A DNA stretch of 55,212 nt from a virus: the IMG/VR virus record IMGVR_UViG_3300023296_000001; one strand, given 5' to 3'. The notes under the pieces were generated by a model. That model was not told where the DNA came from. It searched no databases and was given only the letters and a program-made list of their open reading frames with translations. This document shows positions 1-8,041 of this stretch, in pieces; positions within the stretch are counted from its first letter, which is position 1; each line of letters begins with the position of its first letter. A program made the position numbers and the translations under genes.

Positions 1-127
1 TAAAATATTAACATTAACCATTTTTCTTATTAGCCATTCTTTATTGTTATGAGGGATATGTTCTAACTGTAAAAACTCAACCATCGTCATATTAAAATCA
101 GGATAATACTTGACTAAGTTTTCGTAC
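1..127. repeat. Contig-end overlap (circularisation signature): 1-127 identical to 55086-55212
   Basis: Read directly: both ends carry the same 127-nt string. A third copy lies at 53874-54000 inside array copy A. Confidence 0.9.
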
Positions 128-180
128 CCACTTCTGCATGGGTTGAGTTTCTTAATATCTTTTAGTGTTATTTTGTTCAT
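1..180 (-). CDS. 5' part (60 codons, MNKITLKDIKKLNPCRSGYENLVKYYPDFN...) of array copy C; continues from 54645-55212 across the junction
   Basis: ATG at 180-178 abuts the TAG of 181-546. The reading frame joins the open 5' end of ORF 54645-55175 through the 127-nt overlap. Confidence 0.75.
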   Translation of the reverse strand, partial: MNKITLKDIKKLNPCRSGYENLVKYYPDFNMTMVEFLQLEHIPHNNKEWLIRKMVNVNIL

Positions 181-546
181 CTATTCCACCTCTTCTTTTA
201 ATGCCATAATCGCTGCGTATGCGGCTCGGGCTGCGGCTTCTGATGCGCTCTTGTACCAACCATCTTCAAATACATGACAATCTATATTTACCAATGAAAC
301 CCAGTATCGCTCGTCTTTAACTGACATATCTATCTTTATTTCAATACATACCCCCAGCTTTTCAAAAACTGGGATTTGTGCGTCTAGTGAGGTGGTGTAA
401 ATACCGTTCTTTATTAACTCAATATCTTGTCCATAACCTTTGGCAAATTCCATCACTTGTGAAGGTATCCATGTGTGATTGGAATATATTCTGTAGCCCA
501 TAAACTCAGCTATCCCACGGTTAATTTCTTCGTTTGTTGGTTTCAT
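181..546 (-). CDS. Hypothetical protein (121 aa), C-terminus ...AARAAYAAIMALKEEVE
   Basis: ORF with ATGA overlap to the upstream gene. Its last 23 nt are identical to the 3' ends of array copies B and C. Confidence 0.6.
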   Translation of the reverse strand: MKPTNEEINRGIAEFMGYRIYSNHTWIPSQVMEFAKGYGQDIELIKNGIYTTSLDAQIPVFEKLGVCIEIKIDMSVKDERYWVSLVNIDCHVFEDGWYKSASEAAARAAYAAIMALKEEVE

Positions 547-860
547 TCTTTCACCTTTGTTAATGTTTCTTCTACCTTTAAATAAGTTCTTTCATGTAAA
601 TGTAAACCGTCTTCCATTACTCCATTCAAAGCCTCAACACACACCGCAAGTTTTAAAATACTGCCCATAAGCAATGTTGCACATTCTGCAACGGCTGCAG
701 CTTTATCCAACTCGTGATCTATTTCTTCTTCTTGGCTTTGCATATATTCACATGCTGCCATCCAACCTTGATTTGCTGATGAATACCAAGAGTAGTTAAT
801 CTCTTCTACTTCATTTATTTCCCAATCTTGAAACGCTTCTTCCCATTCTTCTTTACTCAT
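543..860 (-). CDS. Hypothetical acidic protein (105 aa)
   Basis: ORF translationally coupled on both sides. Its LAVCVEAL motif is also present in 52875-53456. Confidence 0.55.
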   Translation of the reverse strand: MSKEEWEEAFQDWEINEVEEINYSWYSSANQGWMAACEYMQSQEEEIDHELDKAAAVAECATLLMGSILKLAVCVEALNGVMEDGLHLHERTYLKVEETLTKVKE

Positions 861-1125
861 ACTCGTCTCCCTCTTCCAACTCTAATCCTAATTTAGCTAA
901 CAACTCATCAAAGTCATTTAACCCTACATATTCCTTATACTCCGATACCACATTATTATAATAATCCTGATCCGGCTTTTCAGGCACTAGCATCACTAAA
1001 AACTCCACATCTAAATACACTCCAGTTTCTAAGCTACTATGCTGTGACAACACTCTTCTTTTATGTACATCATTCTTATAAGCTGGCATTTTATAGGCTC
1101 CGTTTTTGTTTTTTAATTTATTCAT
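853..1125 (-). CDS. Hypothetical protein (90 aa)
   Basis: ORF preceded by AGAGATTAACATG start context. Confidence 0.55.
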   Translation of the reverse strand: MNKLKNKNGAYKMPAYKNDVHKRRVLSQHSSLETGVYLDVEFLVMLVPEKPDQDYYNNVVSEYKEYVGLNDFDELLAKLGLELEEGDEYE

Positions 1126-1182
1126 GTTAATCTCTACGTCTTCTAATTGTTAATCTCTACGTCTTCTAATTGTTAATCTCCC
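1126..1182 (-). repeat. 23-nt tandem duplication (2.5 units) of the translation-initiation leader gttaatctctacgtcttctaatt
   Basis: Units at 1126-1148 and 1149-1171, partial unit at 1172-1182. Only the unit next to 1125 is followed by ATG. Confidence 0.85.
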
Positions 1183-1194
1183 TTTTCACGTTTA

Positions 1195-1611
1195 TTATAC
1201 CTGAAAATACTTATAAGCAGCTTCCAAAGCCTCAACCACTAACAACGCCTTCAAATCTTCATCCGGCTCAATTATAATCCAATCTGGCTCTTTTGCCACT
1301 AACACTTCACCCACTTCAATATCGTCTTCACTATTTACAATCATTTCAGCGCTTATTTCGTGCCCTTTATATTGCACTCTTACATCTTCTAATAACACAT
1401 ATCCCACTTCAAGCTCTTCCTGTTCTAAGTGATCATGTAACTTTTTTTCAAAATACCGATCTTCCTTACTATTTCCGTAACAACCCGCCATGATATCGTC
1501 CTTTTCAAGCGTCTCAAGCTTTATTACTTTGCCGCTTCCTATATTACTATTATACACCACTCTTCGATGCCTGTCAATACATTTTTTGAATAAGTTGTTA
1601 TTTTTTCGCAT
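1195..1611 (-). CDS. Hypothetical protein (138 aa from ATG 1611; alternative 98-aa form from ATG 1491 with AAGGA SD)
   Basis: The ORF-track 202-aa form overlaps 1598-1933 and its N-terminal part looks spurious. The internal starts fit the gene packing. Confidence 0.45.
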   Translation of the reverse strand: MRKNNNLFKKCIDRHRRVVYNSNIGSGKVIKLETLEKDDIMAGCYGNSKEDRYFEKKLHDHLEQEELEVGYVLLEDVRVQYKGHEISAEMIVNSEDDIEVGEVLVAKEPDWIIIEPDEDLKALLVVEALEAAYKYFQV

Positions 1612-1933
1612 TTTTAAGTTCCGATTTTCTAATCTTAATACACTGCTTCTTAAGCTTCTTAAGCCTTTTAACATAATCCTTAAACTCAGCAACCTCTCCA
1701 GTACAATTAAACGCTTGATCAGATAAAAACCCATGCTTATTCTTACGACTACCAAAGAAGTCATCATAGTAACAAATATTAAGCACTTTACTAATAAGTT
1801 CACTTACCGCTAGATCCATTAAATATGCATAAGCACTACCGATGCCACCTTCCCGTGCTTTAAGTGTTTCATAACAGTAGTCATCTGCTGCATTAGCTTT
1901 CTTAATTACTTCAAACATTTTTCTAGCTTCCAT
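1598..1933 (-). CDS. Hypothetical protein (111 aa)
   Basis: ORF with GGGGGAAAAAATG start context. Confidence 0.55.
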   Translation of the reverse strand: MEARKMFEVIKKANAADDYCYETLKAREGGIGSAYAYLMDLAVSELISKVLNICYYDDFFGSRKNKHGFLSDQAFNCTGEVAEFKDYVKRLKKLKKQCIKIRKSELKNAKK

Positions 1934-1934
1934 T

Positions 1935-1980
1935 TTTTCCCCCTGTTGTTAGTTTAATTTTTTCTCCTGTTGTTAGTTTA
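1935..1980 (-). repeat. About 23-nt tandem duplication of an SD-containing leader (ttaaactaacaacagg[ag]g[ag]aaaaa x2 on the minus strand)
   Basis: Read directly upstream of ATG 1933. Confidence 0.8.
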
Positions 1981-2003
1981 ACATAGATCATGTTGTTTGT
2001 CAA
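1975..2003 (-). promoter_or_regulatory. Candidate sigma70-type promoter TTGACA-N17-TAAACT
   Basis: -35 at 2003-1998, -10 at 1980-1975, upstream of 1598-1933. Confidence 0.35.
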
Positions 2004-2080
2004 CCGTTTTAATTCCATGTTAATCTCCTCGTTTTTAATGTTTCTAACTCTCCGCTTAAATCTTGGCAAGGTTCTTGCAC

Positions 2081-2503
2081 TTAAAACACTCCACTGCTGC
2101 CAAAACCATTATCACCTCTGCTACTACTTAAAAACATATCAACCTCTTGTAGCTCAAACACCGCTAACGGCATAATCACCAACTGCCCACATCTATCACC
2201 TTCAGTATACTGTGCCGTCGGAGTTTTAGTACGCTTATACCTAAAAGCGATGTTACCTTGATACCCTGTATCTATTATTCCGATAGAATTAGCAAGCATT
2301 ATATCAAGATTAGATACACTACTTCTAGGTACTAACAACCCCACATGATCCTTCGGTATATTCACAGCAATATGCGTGTTATATTGGACATACTTATCAT
2401 GCAATGTCACACTAGAACAAGTCATGTCGTAACCTGCGTCAGTTACATAAGACTTAACCGGCGTCACCGCCTTCTCACTTAATTTTTTAAATTCAATAAT
2501 CAT
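2081..2503 (-). CDS. dut: dUTP diphosphatase (trimeric dUTPase)
   Basis: 140 aa. All five motifs are readable: DAGYDM, VPRSSV, GIIDTGYQGNI, RCGQLVI, RGDNGFGSSG. Confidence 0.88.
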   Translation of the reverse strand: MIIEFKKLSEKAVTPVKSYVTDAGYDMTCSSVTLHDKYVQYNTHIAVNIPKDHVGLLVPRSSVSNLDIMLANSIGIIDTGYQGNIAFRYKRTKTPTAQYTEGDRCGQLVIMPLAVFELQEVDMFLSSSRGDNGFGSSGVF

Positions 2504-2739
2504 GATAACTCTCCTACTCTATTATTACCATGTGGCAATTCCATAAACTCTATATTAGTCTTATTCAAATCCGCCTGGGTTCTAAATTGAACATAATAAC
2601 CACAAAAGTTACAAGTCTCGCCATCGTCACATTCTGTTACTTCAAACACTTTATGATCGTCTTGCTCTTCTAAAGTTCCCTTTTTACAGGTACAAAGTGG
2701 AACCTCTACTAGTTCCGAGTTTCGTTTTGTAATACTCAT
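2500..2739 (-). CDS. Small Cys-rich (zinc-ribbon-like) protein (79 aa)
   Basis: CTCKKG...CNFCGYY. ATGA overlap with dut. Start context CCGGAGATTAAAAAATGAGT is shared with 3736. Confidence 0.55.
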   Translation of the reverse strand: MSITKRNSELVEVPLCTCKKGTLEEQDDHKVFEVTECDDGETCNFCGYYVQFRTQADLNKTNIEFMELPHGNNRVGELS

Positions 2740-2896
2740 TTTTTAATCTCCGGTTTTTTGGTTTTTTGTTTGTATCATGCTAATCTCCTCGTAGCAATAT
2801 CATGCCGTAACACGCTACCGCTAATGTTAATATAATTAATAATTCTACTTCCATCTTTAAGCTCCCTATAAACAATATTCATTTAACACAGCTCTT

Positions 2897-2914
2897 AAAA
2901 GGCGATAGCTCGCC
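2897..2914 (-). terminator. Rho-independent terminator-like hairpin GGCGA-gcta-TCGCC followed by TTTT (minus strand)
   Basis: Stem at 2901-2914, T-run at 2900-2897 on the minus strand. It lies at the 3' end of the GC-rich element. Confidence 0.5.
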
Positions 2915-3169
2915 AACCTAACCACTAGATGTTCTCCAGTACCACCAGATCTACTCTCACCCTTGCAAGGATGCCGGCGCCGCCTCTCCGCTCCAACGAC
3001 ATCAGGCAGGTTACGCCTTTAACACTCTATACTATATCGGCATTCCATTGCCTCTGTTTATCGTCGGTACTCCGAGTAGGAACTTGGACTAGTGATTTAA
3101 AGTCTTACAAGACTAGCACAATTCTTCGCAAGGCTTCCCAAGCTACAGGAGTGCAATTCTTATGTTACA
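2897..3169 (-). ncRNA. Candidate structured RNA (class unknown), or a highly structured 3' UTR of the ClpP-like gene
   Basis: About 270 nt with no plausible minus-strand ORF and locally GC-rich (e.g. ggatgccggcgccgcctctccgctcc). Nested long-range complementarity: 3089-3097/2920-2928, 3080-3083/2931-2934, 3066-3071/2938-2943, 3059-3067/2993-3001. Ends in a terminator. Confidence 0.35.
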
Positions 3170-3736
3170 CTAATATATCTCAACCACTTTATCCACTAAC
3201 CCCCATGCAACAGCTTCAGAAGCCGTCAGCACCCAATCTGCCTTCTCCACTTTATCCACTAACGCTTTTTTAGTAATTCTTTTTTTAACGATGATACTAT
3301 CACGGTAAATATCATAAATAAGCTCCTCTTGAATCTTATGAAGCCTTTCCCAAGCCTTCCTATTCAACCTGGAACCTTCAAAAGCTGCAGTACCCTCGTG
3401 CAACATCATATAAGAATTCACACTCATAAACCTTTCATCACCGGCTTGCATTATGACGCTTGCCATGCTGGAGACGCCGCCATAGCCTATAATTCTTACT
3501 GCATTTTTCATACTTTTAATTGCATCATAAATTGCCAAGCCATTATCTACACACCCACCATCTGAAGACAATAAAACTGTCACCATTCCGGTAGTTCCGT
3601 CTAGTATATGTAGGTTCGATACTATAGTATCCTTCATAAGCTCATCAATATCTCCAAAAATCTTAATAGTCTTAGTCGGTACATAAATATCATAAGCGTG
3701 AAAGTTTTCAATATTTGATGTTAATTTATCACTCAT
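3170..3736 (-). CDS. ClpP-family serine protease-like protein (188 aa)
   Basis: LSSDGGCVDNG, GGVSSMASVIMQAG (Ser), MMLHEG (His), AVAWGLVDKV (Asp) match the ClpP motif order. Confidence 0.75.
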   Translation of the reverse strand: MSDKLTSNIENFHAYDIYVPTKTIKIFGDIDELMKDTIVSNLHILDGTTGMVTVLLSSDGGCVDNGLAIYDAIKSMKNAVRIIGYGGVSSMASVIMQAGDERFMSVNSYMMLHEGTAAFEGSRLNRKAWERLHKIQEELIYDIYRDSIIVKKRITKKALVDKVEKADWVLTASEAVAWGLVDKVVEIY

Positions 3737-3882
3737 TTTTTAATCTCCGGTTTTAATTTAATCATGTTAATCTCCTCGCAAATACAACTCCCTTCGATTT
3801 CAATACCATCATCGTATTTTATAAATAATGTATAATCACAATTATCACATTTTATAATCTCAATTACACTATCATCACTCAC
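3733..3882 (-). CDS. Small Cys-rich protein (49 aa, GTG start)
   Basis: Below the ORF-track cutoff. AAGGAG lies 7 nt upstream of GTG. CDNC...CIC. Its TGA overlaps the ATG of 3736. Confidence 0.35.
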   Translation of the reverse strand: MSDDSVIEIIKCDNCDYTLFIKYDDGIEIEGSCICEEINMIKLKPEIKK

Positions 3883-3999
3883 AATAATGCTCCTTTATAA
3901 CCTGTATAATGTCACTAACTATTAACTCCACCTGATCCGATTTTATCTTACTCTGATGTTTTAATAGTAACATGTTAATAAGCCTAACCTTTAAATCTT

Positions 4000-4266
4000 T
4001 CACACTAATGCCTTTTTAGCTTCAACCGTTTCACTCGTAACAAGCTTCGACTCCTCTTCATCTTCAACAATATGATCATGATATTCAAAGCACCCATCAC
4101 TGTACACAAGTTCAATGTTATTCTCATCATCTCTTTGATGTTTTAATAAAAAATCATATATAAACTTATCCAGCTCCGATTTTAGGTAAAAAGTTTTAAC
4201 ATAATCGTTAAAGCCGTTCGTATAAGTTACAAAATAATTCGAATAAATCTTTCCATTTAAAATCAT
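4000..4266 (-). CDS. Hypothetical protein (88 aa)
   Basis: ORF with AAGGAGATTAACATG start context. Confidence 0.55.
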   Translation of the reverse strand: MILNGKIYSNYFVTYTNGFNDYVKTFYLKSELDKFIYDFLLKHQRDDENNIELVYSDGCFEYHDHIVEDEEESKLVTSETVEAKKALV

Positions 4267-4290
4267 GTTAATCTCCTTATAGCGGCTTTA

Positions 4291-4539
4291 TTACCACTCC
4301 TCAATTGTAAAGTTATAATATCCTAGCGAATCCATTACTGCAATCGCCTCTTCTCTAGTATAATCCATTTCCCATAATAAGTCAACAAAAAACTCCTCCT
4401 GTATGTCGTCAATATTCCACGGTTTAGTAAGAGAATGATAATATTCCTTGAAATAATGCTCATCCCATTGAAGTTCTAGAATCTCCGCTGTCATGTTAAT
4501 GTTTTGTTGGCTTGAATTGATTGTTCTAATTGCATTCAT
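4291..4539 (-). CDS. Hypothetical protein (82 aa)
   Basis: ORF with ATGA overlap to 4536-5210. Confidence 0.55.
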   Translation of the reverse strand: MNAIRTINSSQQNINMTAEILELQWDEHYFKEYYHSLTKPWNIDDIQEEFFVDLLWEMDYTREEAIAVMDSLGYYNFTIEEW

Positions 4540-5210
4540 GATAATTTTCCTTTGTAGTAAATTGGTATTAATGTTTCTAATAAACTCATTACATTATTAT
4601 AATGTTTTTCGTCTAATCCCATTTTTAATGCATCTTCTAACCCTACTTCTAACCATTCAGTGTATAACATTTGCACACATCCTATCCGAATATGATAATC
4701 TGTAAAGGTTATGTTGTATTGGAAGTTTGACTGATTGTATATGCTTAAACATTCTATAGTTATTTCAGCTTCACCAGCCACCCAAGCTTCCCCAGCCACT
4801 CTAGCTTCACCAAACACCCTAGCTTCACCAAACACCCAAGCTTCACCAAACACCCTAGCTTTATCAAACACCCAAGCTTCATCAGCCACCCCAGCTTGAC
4901 CAGACACTCTAGCTTCCCCAAACACTCTAGCTTCACCAAACACTCTAGCTTTATCAGCCACCCAAGCTTTACCAGCCACCCTAGCTTCACCAGACACTCT
5001 AGCTTCCCCAAACACTCTAGCTTCACCAAACACTCTAGCTTTATCAGCCACCCAAGCTTCACCAACCTGCGATAAATTACTCTCCTTCTCTATAAAACCG
5101 CCCAAGTCTCCAGATTTAACGCTTCCAAAGTCCTTTAACGCTTTTATCCGGTATAAAGTTGTTCCAAAATGATCAATTGATTCAGTAGTTAGTTCGTATT
5201 TTTCATCCAT
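4536..5210 (-). CDS. Hexapeptide-repeat (left-handed beta-helix-like) protein, 224 aa
   Basis: 17 consecutive hexads of the type G-E-A-[RW]-V-[FSA] (residues about 50-151), flanked by non-repetitive N- and C-domains. Confidence 0.7.
   Translation of the reverse strand: MDEKYELTTESIDHFGTTLYRIKALKDFGSVKSGDLGGFIEKESNLSQVGEAWVADKARVFGEARVFGEARVSGEARVAGKAWVADKARVFGEARVFGEARVSGQAGVADEAWVFDKARVFGEAWVFGEARVFGEARVAGEAWVAGEAEITIECLSIYNQSNFQYNITFTDYHIRIGCVQMLYTEWLEVGLEDALKMGLDEKHYNNVMSLLETLIPIYYKGKLS
4758..5063 (-). repeat. 18-bp tandem coding repeat with a 90-bp higher-order unit
   Basis: 4899-4969 is identical to 4989-5059. Many units contain AAGCTT. Confidence 0.9.
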
Positions 5211-5314
5211 TTTTAAGCTCCTTTAGCTGTTACATAATGGTAACATAAAAGGTATCGCCATGTCAAGATAAAACTTTAGCTATTTTAATATTTATGGATG
5301 TTTTACAGGTGTTA

Positions 5315-5518
5315 CTATTTTTTAGACTCTAATATTGAATCAAATATACGATAATATACTTGCAATTTATCATTTACAGACAATGCATTACGCAATATCT
5401 GCTCGGCAGTTCTAAGTTTTCCAGCCTTAACCGCCTCTAGTAGTTCCGTTTCATGTTCGTGTTTTAAGCTTTCTAAATATTGAATGTCTGACTCTAAATT
5501 GAATAGATCTAGTACCAT
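5315..5518 (-). CDS. Hypothetical protein (67 aa)
   Basis: ORF with SD AAAGGAG upstream. Confidence 0.5.
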   Translation of the reverse strand: MVLDLFNLESDIQYLESLKHEHETELLEAVKAGKLRTAEQILRNALSVNDKLQVYYRIFDSILESKK

Positions 5519-5541
5519 GTTTTAATCTCCTTTATCTAATT

Positions 5542-5778
5542 CTAAGATATCAACCTTTCTAAGTATTCAATTAATGCACACATCTCAGCTCTATTAAGCT
5601 CCATAGTTTTAGAGTTTAACAATTCCGACACCGAAACTAAAACTTTATCACCATCCCCAATCCTGCCCAACTGTAATTTTCCAACTTCGTCGGCTCCGTT
5701 GAGTTTTTTAAGACTAAAACCGCTTCCAATTGTAAGTTCTCTTGTAAGTCCATTATAGGACTTGAGATTATAAGCCAT
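5542..5778 (-). CDS. Hypothetical protein (78 aa)
   Basis: ORF with AGGAGCATTAACATG start context. Confidence 0.5.
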   Translation of the reverse strand: MAYNLKSYNGLTRELTIGSGFSLKKLNGADEVGKLQLGRIGDGDKVLVSVSELLNSKTMELNRAEMCALIEYLERLIS

Positions 5779-5814
5779 GTTAATGCTCCTGTTAATACCA
5801 TGTTAACTCCTTTA

Positions 5815-7722
5815 TTACTTTATAGGACATACTCCACCTTCGCAACCAATCTGATCGGAACTTATAGAGTTTTCATCAATTTCAACGCTAGTAATCGCCT
5901 TTACTTTTTTGATTCGATCTTTATACTCCGATTCAGAAATAGCTTCCAACGGTGCTTGAATGAAACCATGATCACTGTGTAATAAAAATGAAACTGTTTT
6001 AATATTGTTGTTAAAGTTTTCAAGTAACCACTCCTTTATTCCATCTAGTTCTTCTTTCTTATAATATATGGTAACACTTACTGCATTATCAGACCATTCA
6101 GATTGTAACTTTTTAACAATTTCTAATTGATCAATAGCAGAACAGTCTTTAGCAACTTTAGCATGCTTAGGAAGTTTACAAGGAAATTCTACAACTACAG
6201 TACCCCTATTTTCAGTACCGTCGAAGTTTTTAACATATTCAACTGGATACCCATTAGTCCTACAAACGTCAACCAATGGTATATCACTAGCCATTCGCAC
6301 CCTTCTAATATAAAAATGCGAGTAACCTGGATGCGCCCCAGGAGTAACGCCGCTTAGAAGTGACAACGTGCCACTCGGCTTTACAGTAGTAAGTTTAATA
6401 CTAGTAGGAAACCCATGTTTCTTTGAATACTTCTCATCATACAATCTTAATTCTGAATAACATTCACTAAGCCATGATATTTGTTTCTTCGTAGACATGC
6501 AATAGCCTGTAATACCAATTCCCATTCTCATGTTTTTATGCACTACGTCTTCTGTATTTTTATGATGACATTTTATTGCCAATGAATGCTTACAAATTCT
6601 ATATAAATACTTAGACACTTTAAAAAGTTCTTCTTTTGATTCTATATTAGGCAAATGAATCTCTGCCAAACAACAAGTTTCATAAGGTTCTAAACTTTGT
6701 TCGGCACAAGGATTGTAACCTTTAACGCCTTGATCTGGATAGTCAAAATCATCTGTCCTACCTACGTTTTGAGATAGTTTTAAATTAATCAACCCATAAG
6801 CTTCACCGTTTCCAGTGTAACCATTCCAAAACTGTTCTGGTAACAATGATATATCATTACACACAATGCTATTATTAGACATTGCTCTCCAATTAGGAAT
6901 GTTACCATTGCTCCAATCTTTAGCAGCTAAAAACTGTAAATCATCATAATCACCAATGGCAATTTGTGCAGACCTTCTAACATTACCAGCTACAACAATG
7001 CTACCGATAATATTCATGATATCCAAACAATCTATAGGTCTTAACTGTTTCCCTCTTCTAGAGTCAAGCACGTTTATAATATTGTTAATTCCTATTACTA
7101 AATCTTCCGCACCGCTAGCAGTTCCGCCAAATCCTTTTATTGGACTTCCTTTACTTCTAATACAATGCGTGGAATATGTAAAACCTTCCCCACTATAGAA
7201 ATAAGCCTTTAAAACTCTACCTAATAACTTAACCCAACCTGTACGGTTATCAGGTACTATAAAATCTGCATCTGCAACGTCTAACCTTTCTATTTTTATT
7301 TTCTTACGTTGCAACCTTGGAAGTTTATAAACATACTCTCTTTGAATATTATACCCTACGCCCGATCCAAGCATTAGCATATCCATAGCCCAAGTAAACG
7401 GCTCTATAGGACTATCAACTATCGTAAGAGCGCAGTTTTGTAAAGAAGCTAGCCCCAACCTATCAACGGTTTTACTACCTAGCTGCCAAAAGAATCGACC
7501 AGCTACAGTACCCTTTAATGCTAGTAACATTTCTCTAACTTCTTGTTCTTCTTTTTTACTAAAACCAATCTTAAGCTGTTTATCACAACCTTTTATCATT
7601 CTTTCTACAGTATCAGGATACTCTTCAACTTTAGAAGATGTACTGTTTTCGTTTAACTTCCTACTATAGGTTCTTTTATAAACTATATAGCCTATATCGC
7701 CCCACGGTATTTTATCTGACAT
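5815..7722 (-). CDS. nrdJ: Class II (adenosylcobalamin-dependent) ribonucleotide reductase
   Basis: 635 aa. NPCAEQSLEPYETCCLAEI active-site loop, TTVKPSGTLSLLSG, C-terminal CEGGVCPIK redox cysteine pair. Confidence 0.88.
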   Translation of the reverse strand: MSDKIPWGDIGYIVYKRTYSRKLNENSTSSKVEEYPDTVERMIKGCDKQLKIGFSKKEEQEVREMLLALKGTVAGRFFWQLGSKTVDRLGLASLQNCALTIVDSPIEPFTWAMDMLMLGSGVGYNIQREYVYKLPRLQRKKIKIERLDVADADFIVPDNRTGWVKLLGRVLKAYFYSGEGFTYSTHCIRSKGSPIKGFGGTASGAEDLVIGINNIINVLDSRRGKQLRPIDCLDIMNIIGSIVVAGNVRRSAQIAIGDYDDLQFLAAKDWSNGNIPNWRAMSNNSIVCNDISLLPEQFWNGYTGNGEAYGLINLKLSQNVGRTDDFDYPDQGVKGYNPCAEQSLEPYETCCLAEIHLPNIESKEELFKVSKYLYRICKHSLAIKCHHKNTEDVVHKNMRMGIGITGYCMSTKKQISWLSECYSELRLYDEKYSKKHGFPTSIKLTTVKPSGTLSLLSGVTPGAHPGYSHFYIRRVRMASDIPLVDVCRTNGYPVEYVKNFDGTENRGTVVVEFPCKLPKHAKVAKDCSAIDQLEIVKKLQSEWSDNAVSVTIYYKKEELDGIKEWLLENFNNNIKTVSFLLHSDHGFIQAPLEAISESEYKDRIKKVKAITSVEIDENSISSDQIGCEGGVCPIK

Positions 7723-8040
7723 TTATAATCCTTGATCCATGATAATTAATACTAACTTATGATTATCCTCTCTAGTCGCTAACAATATAGGATTCTCAAC
7801 TGCCTTCTGAAGCTCTTCCCATTGTTTACCACTTTTAGGAAGTTCAATGTCTTTAGTTACAACGTAATTCTGCTTTAACTTCTCATCTTCTACGTTAAGC
7901 GCCTCTTGCATTTGTTCAATGGTGATTTTATTATTAACCATTTCATTATCATATTTGTCAAAAATAACCTTCCACTCTTCTAAGTATTTAGGCAAATTCT
8001 CAACCGGCATTCCCGACTGTCTCATGATTTCGATTTTCAT
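7723..8040 (-). CDS. Hypothetical protein (105 aa)
   Basis: ORF whose stop abuts the nrdJ ATG. Confidence 0.5.
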   Translation of the reverse strand: MKIEIMRQSGMPVENLPKYLEEWKVIFDKYDNEMVNNKITIEQMQEALNVEDEKLKQNYVVTKDIELPKSGKQWEELQKAVENPILLATREDNHKLVLIIMDQGL

Positions 8041-8041
8041 A

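Noticed and set aside
1-180. Terminal direct repeat or a fourth paralogue copy at the left end
   Set aside because: The first 127 nt are an exact copy of the right end, and the remaining 53 nt complete copy C in frame. This is a circularisation overlap, not an extra gene or a physical terminal repeat.
2969-3020. Possible cobalamin riboswitch (AACCTGCC resembles part of the B12 box, and the phage has a B12-dependent RNR)
   Set aside because: The other conserved cobalamin-riboswitch elements (the GGGAA...GGUGAAAAUCC core and GCCACUG) are not present. The match is too short to mean anything without a covariance-model search.
2929-3273. 114-aa plus-strand ORF across the GC-rich element
   Set aside because: It runs antisense to the ClpP-like gene's 3' end, has no SD, and owes its length to local GC-richness. 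The region is better explained as non-coding structured RNA on the minus strand.
4760-5065. 101-aa alternative-frame ORF (KLECLVKLGWL...) within the hexapeptide-repeat gene
   Set aside because: It is a frame-shifted reading of the same 18-bp repeat, with no independent start context.
5542-5801. 58-codon alternative-frame ORF starting at the GGAGTTAACATG upstream of 5778 and overlapping the whole 78-aa gene
   Set aside because: It is shorter than, and fully nested in, the better-supported ORF. The upstream ATG context is probably another copy of the common start cassette. Only ribosome profiling could revive it.
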